Shown here one piece after another: positions 9,613-19,453 of a DNA stretch of 64,000 bases. The DNA comes from Thermoproteota archaeon (GTDB lineage: Archaea > Korarchaeota > Korarchaeia > B14-G2), in NCBI GenBank assembly GCA_037917675.1, contig JAVCBW010000025.1:32001-96000 (forward strand). Reading direction: 5' to 3'. Every line of letters begins with the position of its first letter. Within the stretch, counting starts at the first letter, position 1. Made by a program: the position numbers and the translations under genes. The notes beneath the pieces are model-generated. The model saw only the letters and a program-made list of their open reading frames with translations, did not search any database and was not told the origin of the DNA.

Positions 9613-10209
9613 CTAGAACTGGAATGCATGCTGGCTCTTGAGAGCATTATACACAGCATAGGCGAAGTTTATCCTAGTGCTCTTGCTTCCTTTCGTAAAT
9701 GACTTTATATCCTCTACACCAGCCATCATGAGAACCTTTTTCCCAGACTCTCCTATTACTAAGCCGCTGCCACGTGGTGCAGGTAGGAGATAGACTCTGA
9801 CGCTCCCAGCTTTTCCATAAGCCTTGAACCTTAGTGAGTGAGGAAGATTACACATACACCCCCATGCTCCACATCCTCTCAGTACAGGTATTATCGATAG
9901 CTTTGCTTCTCTCAGAGCTGCTCTTATAGCCTCTCGGAAGTTCCGTCCCTTACCTATCCCTATGCCTACATAGCCGTCCATGTTCCCTACTACAATGCAT
10001 ACTCTGAAGCTTGTGAGCTCTCCTGCGTCAGTTTGTCTCTGTACCATGTCTACGCTGATCAGGTCTTCTTTAAGGTCAGGCAGCAGAGTATCTACTATTT
10101 CAGGCTCTTTGATGGGGATTCCAAGCTTAAATATCTCGTCTATCGATGTTATCTCTCCCTCCTGTACCATCCTACCAAGCTTGGTTCTAGGAGCCCATTC
10201 CTCTGACAT
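9613..10209 (-). CDS. rps5: 30S ribosomal protein uS5
   Basis: WAPRTKLGRMV, VQRQTDAG, PAPRGSGLV. Confidence 0.97.
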   Translation of the reverse strand: MSEEWAPRTKLGRMVQEGEITSIDEIFKLGIPIKEPEIVDTLLPDLKEDLISVDMVQRQTDAGELTSFRVCIVVGNMDGYVGIGIGKGRNFREAIRAALREAKLSIIPVLRGCGAWGCMCNLPHSLRFKAYGKAGSVRVYLLPAPRGSGLVIGESGKKVLMMAGVEDIKSFTKGSKSTRINFAYAVYNALKSQHAFQF

Positions 10210-10211
10210 GA

Positions 10212-10802
10212 CTACACCTCTAGCTTCTTTACCTTCTCTAAGACCTCCTCGAATGCTCTAGGCATCTCCTCTGGGAGGAGGCCTAGCCTCAGGTACCCAG
10301 AGAAAACTCTCTGGTATTTCTCTGGGCTCTTCTCTTTTAAATGCTTGGCGTAAGATGCTATATCCTCTCCTCGAATCCTATCGTCTGAGGGCAGTATCTC
10401 TGGGCTATGAGGAACTCTGCAGCCTGCATCAAGAAACCCCTTCAGAGCAGCATATACTCTGGCTCCAGGTACACTCCGATATAGGCCTATGTCTAGTATA
10501 GCCTCTGTTATACCCTTCTTTCTAGACTTTAAGCCTGCCAGGAACCCTGTTAGGTATGCGGCAGGAGTATTTGACCTAGAGTAGAGCCACCCTAACTTCT
10601 CAAGCTCCTTTGAGAAAGCCATTACTAGGGTATGGTCTCCTTCTGGACGTGCCTCAACGACTTGCACTCTGATATGCCTGTTGCTCCTCCTTACTACTAG
10701 CCTAGGCTTCCCACTTAGGAGGAGCCTATACCTCGCATAGTAGTCTGTCTTACCTTCTCTCCTTCTTCTGAACCTCACCTTGTACCTTGGCCCTCTAGCC
10801 AT
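10212..10802 (-). CDS. rpl18: 50S ribosomal protein uL18
   Basis: [25 protein letters not shown]. Confidence 0.97.
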   Translation of the reverse strand: MARGPRYKVRFRRRREGKTDYYARYRLLLSGKPRLVVRRSNRHIRVQVVEARPEGDHTLVMAFSKELEKLGWLYSRSNTPAAYLTGFLAGLKSRKKGITEAILDIGLYRSVPGARVYAALKGFLDAGCRVPHSPEILPSDDRIRGEDIASYAKHLKEKSPEKYQRVFSGYLRLGLLPEEMPRAFEEVLEKVKKLEV

Positions 10803-10813
10803 ATCCGATCTAC

Positions 10814-11278
10814 CTATATCTCTTTTAGAACCTCCTCTATGATATCTGGCTTCTGAGCCAGCCCCTCTTTTTCAATGAATAGCCTTAGGTGGTTTACGTT
10901 TCTGAACATTGATAGCCGCCTATATAGCCAGCGGTATACCCTCCTCGTTATTATACCACGATCCCTCATTTTTCTCAGCTCCCTCCTTAGAGGCCTTATC
11001 CTCTGGATCCACCTACGCTTTCTGGGGAGCCTAGCATACATGGAGCCCTTCCTGCTACCAGGGCCTCTTTTCCTCTTCCTCGGCTTCTTAGCGTGTGCAG
11101 TACCCGACTTCTTAGGCTTCTTCCGTATTATGCCTCGCTTAGCTAGCTTTCTCATCTCCTCTCTTGTAAGAGCTTCTTCCACTAAGTTTATCCTCTCTGG
11201 ATCGATCCATACCCTTGAAACACCGCAGCCAAGCACCTCTGCAGCTAACCTCTTCTTTGTAGCTAGGTTACTCCCCAA
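10814..11278 (-). CDS. rpl19e: 50S ribosomal protein eL19
   Basis: [26 protein letters not shown]. Confidence 0.96.
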   Translation of the reverse strand: MGSNLATKKRLAAEVLGCGVSRVWIDPERINLVEEALTREEMRKLAKRGIIRKKPKKSGTAHAKKPRKRKRGPGSRKGSMYARLPRKRRWIQRIRPLRRELRKMRDRGIITRRVYRWLYRRLSMFRNVNHLRLFIEKEGLAQKPDIIEEVLKEI

Positions 11279-11690
11279 CTTCAGCCACCTCCTTTGGCGG
11301 GTTTGCTACTAGAGCTCCCATCTTCTCGGCCTTCTCGTATATTTCAAGCTTTTTCTTAAAGCCTACAGCTCTACCTATAATTACAATGTACTTGTCAAGG
11401 TTGTCTTTGACTTTCTCTAGCTCTGAGACATTGTGTACAATGAGGGGTATTCTCCCAGAGGGATGTAGACCTCTTATAGCCTTCATTGTCCTATAGCCTA
11501 CTTTAACTAGAGCAGGTCTCCCTGATAGAGCTTTTCTATGTGGGTTGTCTAGGCCTCTAGGCCTCTTCCATCTGTCTCTCACCCTTTTGAACTTTGCTGC
11601 AGCCAGATTTGTGAAGTTTGGCTTCTTAAACCTCCTCCTGAGCCTTCTGAGCTTCGATGGTGATATGCCTGCTAAGCACACTTTTTGCAT
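11268..11690 (-). CDS. rpl32e: 50S ribosomal protein eL32
   Basis: WKRPRGLDN, RGLHPSG, VHNVSEL; start moved to ATG at 11690. Confidence 0.93.
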   Translation of the reverse strand: MQKVCLAGISPSKLRRLRRRFKKPNFTNLAAAKFKRVRDRWKRPRGLDNPHRKALSGRPALVKVGYRTMKAIRGLHPSGRIPLIVHNVSELEKVKDNLDKYIVIIGRAVGFKKKLEIYEKAEKMGALVANPPKEVAEVGE

Positions 11691-11691
11691 G

Positions 11692-12273
11692 CTATTCTCC
11701 CTCAACCACATAGATTCCATCTTGGAAGACTCTCGGATCCTTTCTCTTGATCCTCGTAGCAAGCCTTATGTTAGCAGCTGTTTGGCCTACTTCCTCTGGG
11801 GATATCCCAGTTATATATAGGTAGTCTCCTTCAACTCTAATCTTAGTTTTCTCCCCAACGATTTTAGCTACTCTCGGGCTTCTTTCTCCCAGGAAGTTCT
11901 CTATTATCACAAGTCTCTTCTGCTCATCGATCTTCACCCTCATCGGGAAGTGTGAGTATGCAATTATCATCTTCTTCTGGAACCCTTCAGTTACGCCTCT
12001 TATCATATTCTTGACATGAGATCTCATCGTCTTGACTAGGGATGACGTCTTCTTCCTGACTTTATCTGTGAATATTATGAGCTCAGAGTCTACTTTCAAG
12101 ACTTTGACGAGCCTAGGGTCATATTTCCTTCTAAGTGAGCCTAGTGGCCCGTTTACAATGATGTGATCCTCATGAACCTCAACCTCAACTCCTTTAGGGA
12201 TCTCTAGCTTAACTAAGTCTACTAAACTTGTGTCGAGTATTGTTCCCTTAGTAGCAGTAGGCAAGGAGGACAC
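11692..12273 (-). CDS. rpl6: 50S ribosomal protein uL6 (true start probably somewhat downstream)
   Basis: [34 protein letters not shown]. Confidence 0.96.
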   Translation of the reverse strand: MSSLPTATKGTILDTSLVDLVKLEIPKGVEVEVHEDHIIVNGPLGSLRRKYDPRLVKVLKVDSELIIFTDKVRKKTSSLVKTMRSHVKNMIRGVTEGFQKKMIIAYSHFPMRVKIDEQKRLVIIENFLGERSPRVAKIVGEKTKIRVEGDYLYITGISPEEVGQTAANIRLATRIKRKDPRVFQDGIYVVEGE

Positions 12274-12640
12274 CTCCTATCCCAAGCTTCTTTGCCTCCT
12301 CGTGTGTCATGACACCTTGATCTGTTGATACTATGAGTATGCCTATGTCTCTAGCTGGGAGGTACATCTTCTCATATTGAATCCATTCACCCTTCCCAAC
12401 TGAGAATCTTGGCTTGACAGCGGCTATCTTATTTATTCTCCCTGACAGTTTGACTCTATACTTTCCGAATCTCCCATCTGGTATGTACTCGAATTCAGCA
12501 ATATACTCCTTTGTCTGGAGGACTCTGAGAACTCTTGTTATAAGCTTTGATGAAACCGTTATCAGGCATTCTGTCTTCCCTAGCGCTACAGCGTTCTGGA
12601 TAGTTGATAAAGCATCAGCTAGTGGATCCATTCTAGTCAA
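12248..12640 (-). CDS. rps8: 30S ribosomal protein uS8
   Basis: [26 protein letters not shown]. Confidence 0.97.
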   Translation of the reverse strand: MTRMDPLADALSTIQNAVALGKTECLITVSSKLITRVLRVLQTKEYIAEFEYIPDGRFGKYRVKLSGRINKIAAVKPRFSVGKGEWIQYEKMYLPARDIGILIVSTDQGVMTHEEAKKLGIGGVLLAYCY

Positions 12641-12652
12641 GGTGCCTCACCC

Positions 12653-12814
12653 TTAGTTGTATTTTCTCCAGCCCATCCTCTCAGCTACTTCCCTAAAGCA
12701 CTGGCGGCATAGGTAGAGGCCATACTTTCTAATTATGCCACGTCCTCTTCGGCCGCAGCGTTTGCATTGAGGAGTGTCTAGAGGCTTCCCATGCTCGTCT
12801 GTGATCTTTCCCAC
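12653..12814 (-). CDS. rps14: 30S ribosomal protein uS14 (Zn-binding; missed by ORF track)
   Basis: GTG start; [28 protein letters not shown]. Confidence 0.95.
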   Translation of the reverse strand: MGKITDEHGKPLDTPQCKRCGRRGRGIIRKYGLYLCRQCFREVAERMGWRKYN

Positions 12815-12816
12815 TG

Positions 12817-13365
12817 CTAACCACCTATTACCTCTATACCGAAGTTTTTCTTAAGGAAATATATAGCTTCTTCTCTGGTTATCACAGCTTTTTGAGGTAT
12901 TCTTCTTCTAGCTATCTTACGTCTGGCTATCCTGTATCCAGGTCTTTCGAGAGAGACGCAAACATCCATTCCAAATATCCCTATTTTAGGATCGTATTCT
13001 ACTCCTGGAATCATCAGATGCTCTTTTATACCAAAAGCAAAGTTCCCATAGTTGTCAATGCTTGACTCCTTTATTTTATTTCCTACTGCCTGAAAAAGCC
13101 GTTTAAGCATTTCCTCAGCACGCTGGCCTCTAATAGTCACACAGCAGGCTATAGGCTCTCCCTTTCTTATGCCAAACCCTTTTATGGTCTTCTTTGCGGT
13201 CCTAACTGACGGCTTCTGGCCAGATAGTTGCTCTAGGACCTTCTTAGCTCTCTCAAGTGGGTCGCCACTTCTCCCTACGCATATGTTCAAGACTACTTTC
13301 GATAGCCGTGGGACTAGCATTGGGTTGCTTCTCCATCTTCCCTCGATTTCAGCCTCTGAAGTCAT
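12817..13365 (-). CDS. rpl5: 50S ribosomal protein uL5
   Basis: [33 protein letters not shown]. Confidence 0.97.
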   Translation of the reverse strand: MTSEAEIEGRWRSNPMLVPRLSKVVLNICVGRSGDPLERAKKVLEQLSGQKPSVRTAKKTIKGFGIRKGEPIACCVTIRGQRAEEMLKRLFQAVGNKIKESSIDNYGNFAFGIKEHLMIPGVEYDPKIGIFGMDVCVSLERPGYRIARRKIARRRIPQKAVITREEAIYFLKKNFGIEVIGG

Positions 13366-14102
13366 GGTTCCACCTTTATCAGAGGCTTTTCTGCGCCTAC
13401 AACCATTATTCTATCCTTTCTAGCATACATGGTTGCTCCATCTGCCCTCAGCTCTACTAGAGGTACTGAATATGGTTGAGGTATTATTCTATGTATTACC
13501 CCTTTGACTCCTGCTCTATCTCCTAGGAATATCATGGCTAGGTTGCCTGCTTCAGCTTTTATATGAGCCTTGACCTCCTGCTCAGGGACTGTGATTAGGA
13601 GCGAGTCTCCTATAGAGATGCTATGAGGAGGCAAGACTGAGTCAATTATCATGTTTCTGCCATCATGGAGTGTCACCTGGAACCTGCCACTCTTCACGTT
13701 GAACTTCTTTATCACCTGGCATATCTTGAGATTGATTTCTGACCTTGGTATTGTTATGAAGTATATTGGGTTGGCTTTGTATGGGACACATCTTAGGTAG
13801 AGTTCTTCATCTGGTATTGAGAGGGTGTCCATGAGGCCGACAGGGAACTTGTAGTCTCTCCTAGGCTTTCCATCTACAAGCACTCTTCCAGCTTTTATGA
13901 CTTTCTTCGCTTCTCTTGCAGTCGAGTATAGCTTAAGGACATCTCGAAGTACAACTAGGAGAGGTATACTCAGAACCATTGGATGTGGTCCAGGAGAAGG
14001 CTTTACAATCCACTTGCTTACCTTCCTTGGGATCCTCCAGGTTTTAGGTGCGACAAGCCTCTTGAGAGTTCTTGAGCCTCCCTTCTTACCCAACTTCGCC
14101 AC
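13362..14102 (-). CDS. rps4e: 30S ribosomal protein eS4
   Basis: LKRLVAP, PSPGPH, FPVGLMD, LHDGRN. Confidence 0.97.
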   Translation of the reverse strand: MAKLGKKGGSRTLKRLVAPKTWRIPRKVSKWIVKPSPGPHPMVLSIPLLVVLRDVLKLYSTAREAKKVIKAGRVLVDGKPRRDYKFPVGLMDTLSIPDEELYLRCVPYKANPIYFITIPRSEINLKICQVIKKFNVKSGRFQVTLHDGRNMIIDSVLPPHSISIGDSLLITVPEQEVKAHIKAEAGNLAMIFLGDRAGVKGVIHRIIPQPYSVPLVELRADGATMYARKDRIMVVGAEKPLIKVEP

Positions 14103-14469
14103 CTCTTCGCTCTACGATAGCTTTTCTAAACTCATCTTTTAGATTGAGCTCAGTGACCATGACTTTGGATGGGTGTATTGGTACTAAGACCTCTGAGCCA
14201 TCGGTTTTCTTCCTGACAATCTTCTCCACGTATATTCGCATCCTCTTCTTGTCTACTCTGGTTATCTTCCCCTCAAACCCTGTGAACTCTCCTCTCATCA
14301 CCAGAACTTTGTCGCCTGTCCTCAGAGGGATAGACCTGAATCCGTATTTCTCTCTTAGAGCTGGAGATAGTGGGGCAGACAGCAGCTTGTGTCTAAGGTG
14401 ATATGGCATGTTGTATAATCTTTTCCTCTGCTTTCTAGGCTTAGATGATATGTCTCTTCGCAGCTTCAA
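14086..14469 (-). CDS. rpl24: 50S ribosomal protein uL24
   Basis: [25 protein letters not shown]. Confidence 0.97.
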   Translation of the reverse strand: MKLRRDISSKPRKQRKRLYNMPYHLRHKLLSAPLSPALREKYGFRSIPLRTGDKVLVMRGEFTGFEGKITRVDKKRMRIYVEKIVRKKTDGSEVLVPIHPSKVMVTELNLKDEFRKAIVERRGGEVG

Positions 14470-14895
14470 CTAGACCACCATCGAGCATACTCCAGCTATG
14501 GAGGGAAATCTCTCAACTGCTTCCCTTGCAACTGGCCCCTTTACCTCAGTTCCTCTCGGCTTTAGGTCTGCATGCACCAGGATAGCAGCATTGTCCTCAA
14601 AGACTATGGTCTCCCCAGTCTTCCTCTTGAATGGCATCTTCTGCCTTATGATGACAGCCTTCTGAACTGTGTGCTCTAGCTCAGGTGTCCCCTCTTTGAC
14701 TGTGACTACGACAAGGTCCCCTACGGCAGCTGATGCAAGCCTGTTCTTAGTTCCCTTATACCCTGTTACGCCGATGATCTGTAGGAGCTTTGCTCCTGAG
14801 TTATCAGCACACTTCACATATGCTCCTATCGGAAGCCCTCTAGCTGTCTTCAGCCTTATTTTCAGAGCTCCCTTCTTCCTCACCGACCTAGACAT
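14470..14895 (-). CDS. rpl14: 50S ribosomal protein uL14
   Basis: CADNSGAK, FEDNAAI, KGPVARE. Confidence 0.97.
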   Translation of the reverse strand: MSRSVRKKGALKIRLKTARGLPIGAYVKCADNSGAKLLQIIGVTGYKGTKNRLASAAVGDLVVVTVKEGTPELEHTVQKAVIIRQKMPFKRKTGETIVFEDNAAILVHADLKPRGTEVKGPVAREAVERFPSIAGVCSMVV

Positions 14896-14902
14896 GTTGT
14901 AG

Positions 14903-15241
14903 TCACCTTTTCTCCTTCTTGCCTATGACTACATGAGCTACAGTCTTAGCTAGTCTCCTACACTCGTGTATTATAACAGCATCACCTTCTTTTATCAAGT
15001 GATCTATGCACTGTGGGATGTGAGCATGTATCTTGCTTCTCTTCTTCTCATACCTCTTGAATTTGGGGACATACTGTAGGTAGTGAGTCATCACTGTGCA
15101 GGTTCTAGCCATCTTCTTGGAGATGACAACACCCTCTCTCCTCCTCCCTCTGAGAGAAAGACCTCCATGAAATGGACACTTCTTGTCGTTACAAGAGGCT
15201 TTAGCATCTGGTGGAGGCTCTATCCTTGACACTATAGCCAC
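14903..15241 (-). CDS. rps17: 30S ribosomal protein uS17
   Basis: CNDKKCPFHG, KFKRYEKKRSKIHAH, ECRRLAKT. Confidence 0.96.
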   Translation of the reverse strand: MAIVSRIEPPPDAKASCNDKKCPFHGGLSLRGRRREGVVISKKMARTCTVMTHYLQYVPKFKRYEKKRSKIHAHIPQCIDHLIKEGDAVIIHECRRLAKTVAHVVIGKKEKR

Positions 15242-15540
15242 CTCCCGTACTTGGCTAGCCTTTTCTCTGGAGCATAAAGTAGCTTATCACCTAGCACCTT
15301 GATCTTATCACAGTGGGGTGTCTTGAATATGAATGTGACTCCTTGCTTGGGGATGATCTTCAGTCCACTGTGAGTCTTTATCTTAAATGTATTCTTCGTC
15401 TCATCTGCTATTATACCCCGCTTGCCTATTAGGCGGGGGTCACATGCATCAGCTACCTCAACTTCTAATCCTATGAGCTCATGTGCCAGGATATTCCGTG
15501 GTGTTATCTTAGCTTTAAGCCCAGTGGGTTTAGCTAATAT
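15232..15540 (-). CDS. rnp1: RNase P protein Rpp29/POP4 (probable ATA start; missed by ORF track)
   Basis: ITPRNILAHELIGLEVEV...G.IADETKNTF..IIPK...PEKRL; canonical position between uL29 and uS17. Confidence 0.9.
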   Translation of the reverse strand: MLAKPTGLKAKITPRNILAHELIGLEVEVADACDPRLIGKRGIIADETKNTFKIKTHSGLKIIPKQGVTFIFKTPHCDKIKVLGDKLLYAPEKRLAKYGRWL

Positions 15541-15740
15541 TTTAACCCCCTCTCTCTAAGAACTGTCAAAACTCTTGCTATATTCTTCCTGATGCTCTTG
15601 ACAGGTAAGGCTTTCTCTGGGGGGCCACCCATTGATAGCTGTGTTCTGGCTTTAAACAGCTCTAGCTTAAGCTCATTTAGCCTCTTTATGAGGTCTTCCG
15701 TTGGCATATTTCTGAGCTCATCCATGACTTTCTTGGTCAA
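15534..15740 (-). CDS. rpl29: 50S ribosomal protein uL29
   Basis: ELRNM..L.ELKLEL, IRKNIARVLTV. Confidence 0.95.
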   Translation of the reverse strand: MTKKVMDELRNMPTEDLIKRLNELKLELFKARTQLSMGGPPEKALPVKSIRKNIARVLTVLRERGLKY

Positions 15741-15744
15741 GATC

Positions 15745-16419
15745 TCACCTTTCTTCCTCAGCTTGCGGCTCTTTGGTGATCATCTGGTCATATAGCACCT
15801 TTGCTCTCTCATGATCGATCTCATACTCGTCAGGCAGCCTTTCTGAGCGTAATATCTTCACCTTAACGCCTATAACACCCTGTTTAAGCATAGCTTCAGC
15901 TACGCCTTCGTCTACAAGCTCTAGTGCTGGCTGGCCGCTTTTCAGCATGACACCGTCCCTTAGGACTAGCCTTCTAGCTCTTTCACCTGAGATCTTTCCT
16001 TTTATCCTTATTTCTGCGCCTAAGGCCCCGCTCTCCATTATCCTCCGCAGGATCAAGCTAGCAGCTCTTCTGGGCTTGTAGCCTCGCTCTATCATCCTAG
16101 CAATCCTGTTGGCAGCTATCGAAGCAACCAGATATGGTCTATCTAGCTCTATGGTCTCTATTCTCGGCGAGTTAAGCTTAAACTTCTCCTCTAGCATCCT
16201 AGATAGTCTGAGCGCATTTTTCCCATGCTTCCCTATCACTATAGATGGCCTCTCTACAGACAGAACCAGCCTATCCCTTATTGGAGCTCTTATCAGCTGA
16301 AGCTTGCTATAGCCTGCTCTCTCAAGTGCCTCCCTGAGGAACTCATCTAAGGCAACTCTCAGATATGACTCTTCAAGGACTCTCCTGACAATGCTTTTAG
16401 GCTTCTTTTCCATACTCAC
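15745..16419 (-). CDS. rps3: 30S ribosomal protein uS3
   Basis: RAGYS, RPSIVIGKHG, GALGAEIRIKGKISGERAR. Confidence 0.96.
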   Translation of the reverse strand: MSMEKKPKSIVRRVLEESYLRVALDEFLREALERAGYSKLQLIRAPIRDRLVLSVERPSIVIGKHGKNALRLSRMLEEKFKLNSPRIETIELDRPYLVASIAANRIARMIERGYKPRRAASLILRRIMESGALGAEIRIKGKISGERARRLVLRDGVMLKSGQPALELVDEGVAEAMLKQGVIGVKVKILRSERLPDEYEIDHERAKVLYDQMITKEPQAEEER

Positions 16420-16898
16420 TCTCTCTCCCTCTCAGCTAAAAGCAGCTCAATGTGGACTAGCTGTTCTACTCTTGGTGTTGCTCTCCCAAAGGCTCTTGGG
16501 AAGTATCTGAGCAGCTTTGGACCTTTGTGAGCAGCTATCCCCTTTATGTACAGGCTGTCTGCGTCAAGTCCCTTGTTTTCAGCACTCCATACCCCGTTTT
16601 CCAGCAGTCTTAAGATTATCTTGGAGGCCTTCACAGGATATCTTCCAGACGGAGGAGCTTTAAGCCCCTTCCTGTGGCCGACTCCCTTAACATACCTCTT
16701 GAAGGGTATCGGCTTTCTGAGAGCTATCACATCCTCTAGGATTCTCCTAGCCTTCTCCACGCCCATTCCCTTTATGAATCTACAGAGCTCTACACACTCC
16801 TTATAGGAGACCCTCTGGTCTCTAACACTGACTCTGACCTCTGTATCTCCCGGCTCAGGTAGACAATAGCCGAAGCTCGGAGACATCGACTCCACCAC
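16416..16898 (-). CDS. rpl22: 50S ribosomal protein uL22
   Basis: GRYPVKAS, PRAFGRATP. Confidence 0.96.
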   Translation of the reverse strand: MVESMSPSFGYCLPEPGDTEVRVSVRDQRVSYKECVELCRFIKGMGVEKARRILEDVIALRKPIPFKRYVKGVGHRKGLKAPPSGRYPVKASKIILRLLENGVWSAENKGLDADSLYIKGIAAHKGPKLLRYFPRAFGRATPRVEQLVHIELLLAERERE

Positions 16899-17002
16899 TT
16901 TATGTTTAGAGAGCTGCTTACCTCTTAGCTAGAAGTAGTGTGACAGTATTGCTTTTTAACTTAACTTACCCTATAAACTTGGAGCATAGTGAGGGGGGGC
17001 TC

Positions 17003-17320
17003 TTGAAGCTCCTGAACACAGCATGCGATCCATCATGTGAGTACTTTAGATGTGAGAGAAGAGCAATGGTCAAGCGTAGGGGAAATCCAAGGATAATGTG
17101 CGCGTATATTGGAGACGAGTGCATGGCAGGTAGATGCCAATATGCTTTTTGTAAGTACTTCGCACTCCTTCCAAGTGGCGAGTGTAAGAGGAAGATGAAG
17201 AGTAGCAGTAAGGTGCCTGCTAAAAGAGGGAGACAGGAGCCTAAGGAAGCGAAACTTGAGGAGAAGGCTCTTAGTATGCTTAGGAAGAAGGTAGGTAGAT
17301 CAGCTCCAGAGCTTGAGTAA
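17003..17320 (+). CDS. Cys-rich small protein with basic tail (putative metal-binding)
   Basis: 8 Cys: CDPSCEYFRC..C..C...C...C...C; TTG after GAGGGG SD-like sequence. Confidence 0.7.
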   Translation: MKLLNTACDPSCEYFRCERRAMVKRRGNPRIMCAYIGDECMAGRCQYAFCKYFALLPSGECKRKMKSSSKVPAKRGRQEPKEAKLEEKALSMLRKKVGRSAPELE

Positions 17321-17321
17321 T

Positions 17322-18179
17322 CTATACCCTCCTCTTTTTATACAGCATCGCTAGTACAGCGTTCACAGCTACCAGGACGATGGTCATGGCAGCCATGAAG
17401 GCTGAGGTCAGCGCGCTTCTTGGAGGTTTAAGAACTACCTCATATGGCTCTATCTCAGCTCCAGTATACAGCCAGTCTATTCTACTAAACCTCAGAGAAT
17501 AGGGCTTTGGGCTAACAGTTACCAGCTTGTACTCTGGTGATGGAAGCACTAAGGATAGCTTTGCTACAGCTGGAGCCGGCAGGAACCTGAGGACCGGATT
17601 CAAAGATATCTTATACTCCCCATTTCTCTCTTCTGTAATCCCCTTCTTAATCTTCAAGTAAATGGAGAAATCCATCATTAGAGTATAGTTGAACTCTACA
17701 CCTGTGTAGATCAGATAGAGCACCTCTAGCCTCTCAATAGCAACCCCATCAAGCTCTTCAGAGAATATCCTGTACCTTGAAGATATCCTGATGGTGTTTG
17801 TATCGCTGTCATATGCTACATCTATCTGAGAGAGCTCTCCTACCGGAAGGTAAAATCTCTTGATCAGGTTTAGAGCATGAATGTTTGTTATGCTCTCTGC
17901 CAGCTTCTCCATATATTCTCGTGGCTTAGCTCCTGCTACAGGAACTATCGCAAGACCATAGTATCCTTCAAGCCCCAATGCTGCCTCTTTAAGGAGAATA
18001 AATCCCTGGTACTCTAATGAAGGATCTTGAGCTAAAACGTATAGGGGAAAACGGATAGTTCCATTACATACTGCACTACCATCATCATCTAGGTAGATGT
18101 TGACAGCAGGATATATAGGCCTAGGCTGAGCTACAGATAATACCCCAGAGACTATGATGGTGAGAGCTATAGATGCCAT
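17322..18179 (-). CDS. Secreted/surface protein with C-terminal TM anchor
   Basis: Signal-like MASIALTIIVSGVLSVAQ; terminal hydrophobic helix followed by KKRR. Confidence 0.65.
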   Translation of the reverse strand: MASIALTIIVSGVLSVAQPRPIYPAVNIYLDDDGSAVCNGTIRFPLYVLAQDPSLEYQGFILLKEAALGLEGYYGLAIVPVAGAKPREYMEKLAESITNIHALNLIKRFYLPVGELSQIDVAYDSDTNTIRISSRYRIFSEELDGVAIERLEVLYLIYTGVEFNYTLMMDFSIYLKIKKGITEERNGEYKISLNPVLRFLPAPAVAKLSLVLPSPEYKLVTVSPKPYSLRFSRIDWLYTGAEIEPYEVVLKPPRSALTSAFMAAMTIVLVAVNAVLAMLYKKRRV

Positions 18180-18286
18180 CAACTTCACGAAACTACCACC
18201 GCAAGCAGTTTTATCATAAGATATTAAAAGCATTGGGCAGGGTATGATGCTGCGTTTGTAGCATTTAAATACTTTGCTACATCTCA

Positions 18287-18903
18287 TGAAGCAAAATTTG
18301 AAGTTACTTAGGACTGGGAGAGTAGCAGAGATACTTGGAGCGAACAGGGTTACGGTGATTAGGTGGGTCAAGCAAGGTAGGATTAAGGCTGCGAGGATTG
18401 GCAGGGAGTTTAGAATTCCAGAAGATGAAGCCAGAGGGTTACTTAAAGGCAAGATTACCAACACAGCAGCCATCTGTGCAAGAGCTTCTTCATCAGGCAG
18501 AAAAAGCTATTTGGAAAAGCAAGTTGAACACTTGAAGGAGTATTGACCAGCTAAGGGATACAATGTCATTGATGTTTTAACAGGCGTTGCATCAGGTTTA
18601 AACAAAAGGCGTAGAGGATAAAAAATTGTTTGGTATGTTGTGAATGGAAAAGTTGACGTTATAGTTATTAGCTATGAGGATAAGCTTACAGGTTTAGATT
18701 CAGATATTTAGAAGAGTCCTTTAATTCTCATGAAGTTAGGATTGAGGCTGTATCTTGGTGAAGAACCTAAAAGCTTGCAACAAGAACTTATCGAAGACAT
18801 GATTGCCATTGTAACCTCATTTGCTGGAGGGTTATATGGAATGAGAGGCCGCAAAAAGAAAGAAATGATTGAGATATTCAAATAAGCGGTTAGAGACTGT
18901 TAG
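18287..18903 (+). mobile_element. IS607-family serine recombinase TnpA remnant (pseudogene), no tnpB
   Basis: HTH LLRTGRVAEILG..IRWVKQG, CARASS (YARVSS-like), VASGLNKRR, ELIEDMIAIVTSFAGGLYGMR; in-frame TGA and frameshifts. Confidence 0.85.
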
Positions 18904-18904
18904 G

Positions 18905-19389
18905 CTCACAGCGAGGTTTTAAGCTCTCAAACTTCTTAAGCATCTTTATAACTTTGCTCTTCAACCTCTAGGGTAAGTATTTATCGCTTAGATAGCTTTC
19001 AATGTCTTTAAGCCTCCTCCTAACCCATCCTACGTCTCCGTTCTTAAGGCTAGCTTAAGCTCTCCCTCGAGCACTTTTAAATGGTATTCGTAGACGGCTT
19101 CAGGGTTTTCAACTATAACCCTTGAAGTAATCCTTAAACCCTTCCCTTTAAGGTATTCTATTTCGAGGAGCTCGTGGAAGAGCAGGTAATCGTTCGATAA
19201 TGCTTCCTCGAGCGAGTAGGCGTCTTCCTCGTAGGTTTCGGCGGTTAAGTACACATAGACCTCTTCAAGGGAAACGTTAAACTTCCTCCTAACCCTCTCC
19301 GATAATTTACCTACCCGCTTCTTAAACCTCTCTCCCATATCATCTCCTGCCGCGATGACACTTACATAACTAGTAATTGGGTGACACAA
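18905..19389 (-). pseudogene. Disrupted hypothetical gene (FHELLEIE motif)
   Basis: 119-aa ORF whose coding-like sequence continues in a shifted frame (WVRRRLKDIESYL*). Confidence 0.45.
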
Positions 19390-19453
19390 AAGTTATAGAT
19401 GTGGCGGCGGCTCGCAAAAGCTATAAATACAGTGGAAAACCGAAACGATTTCT

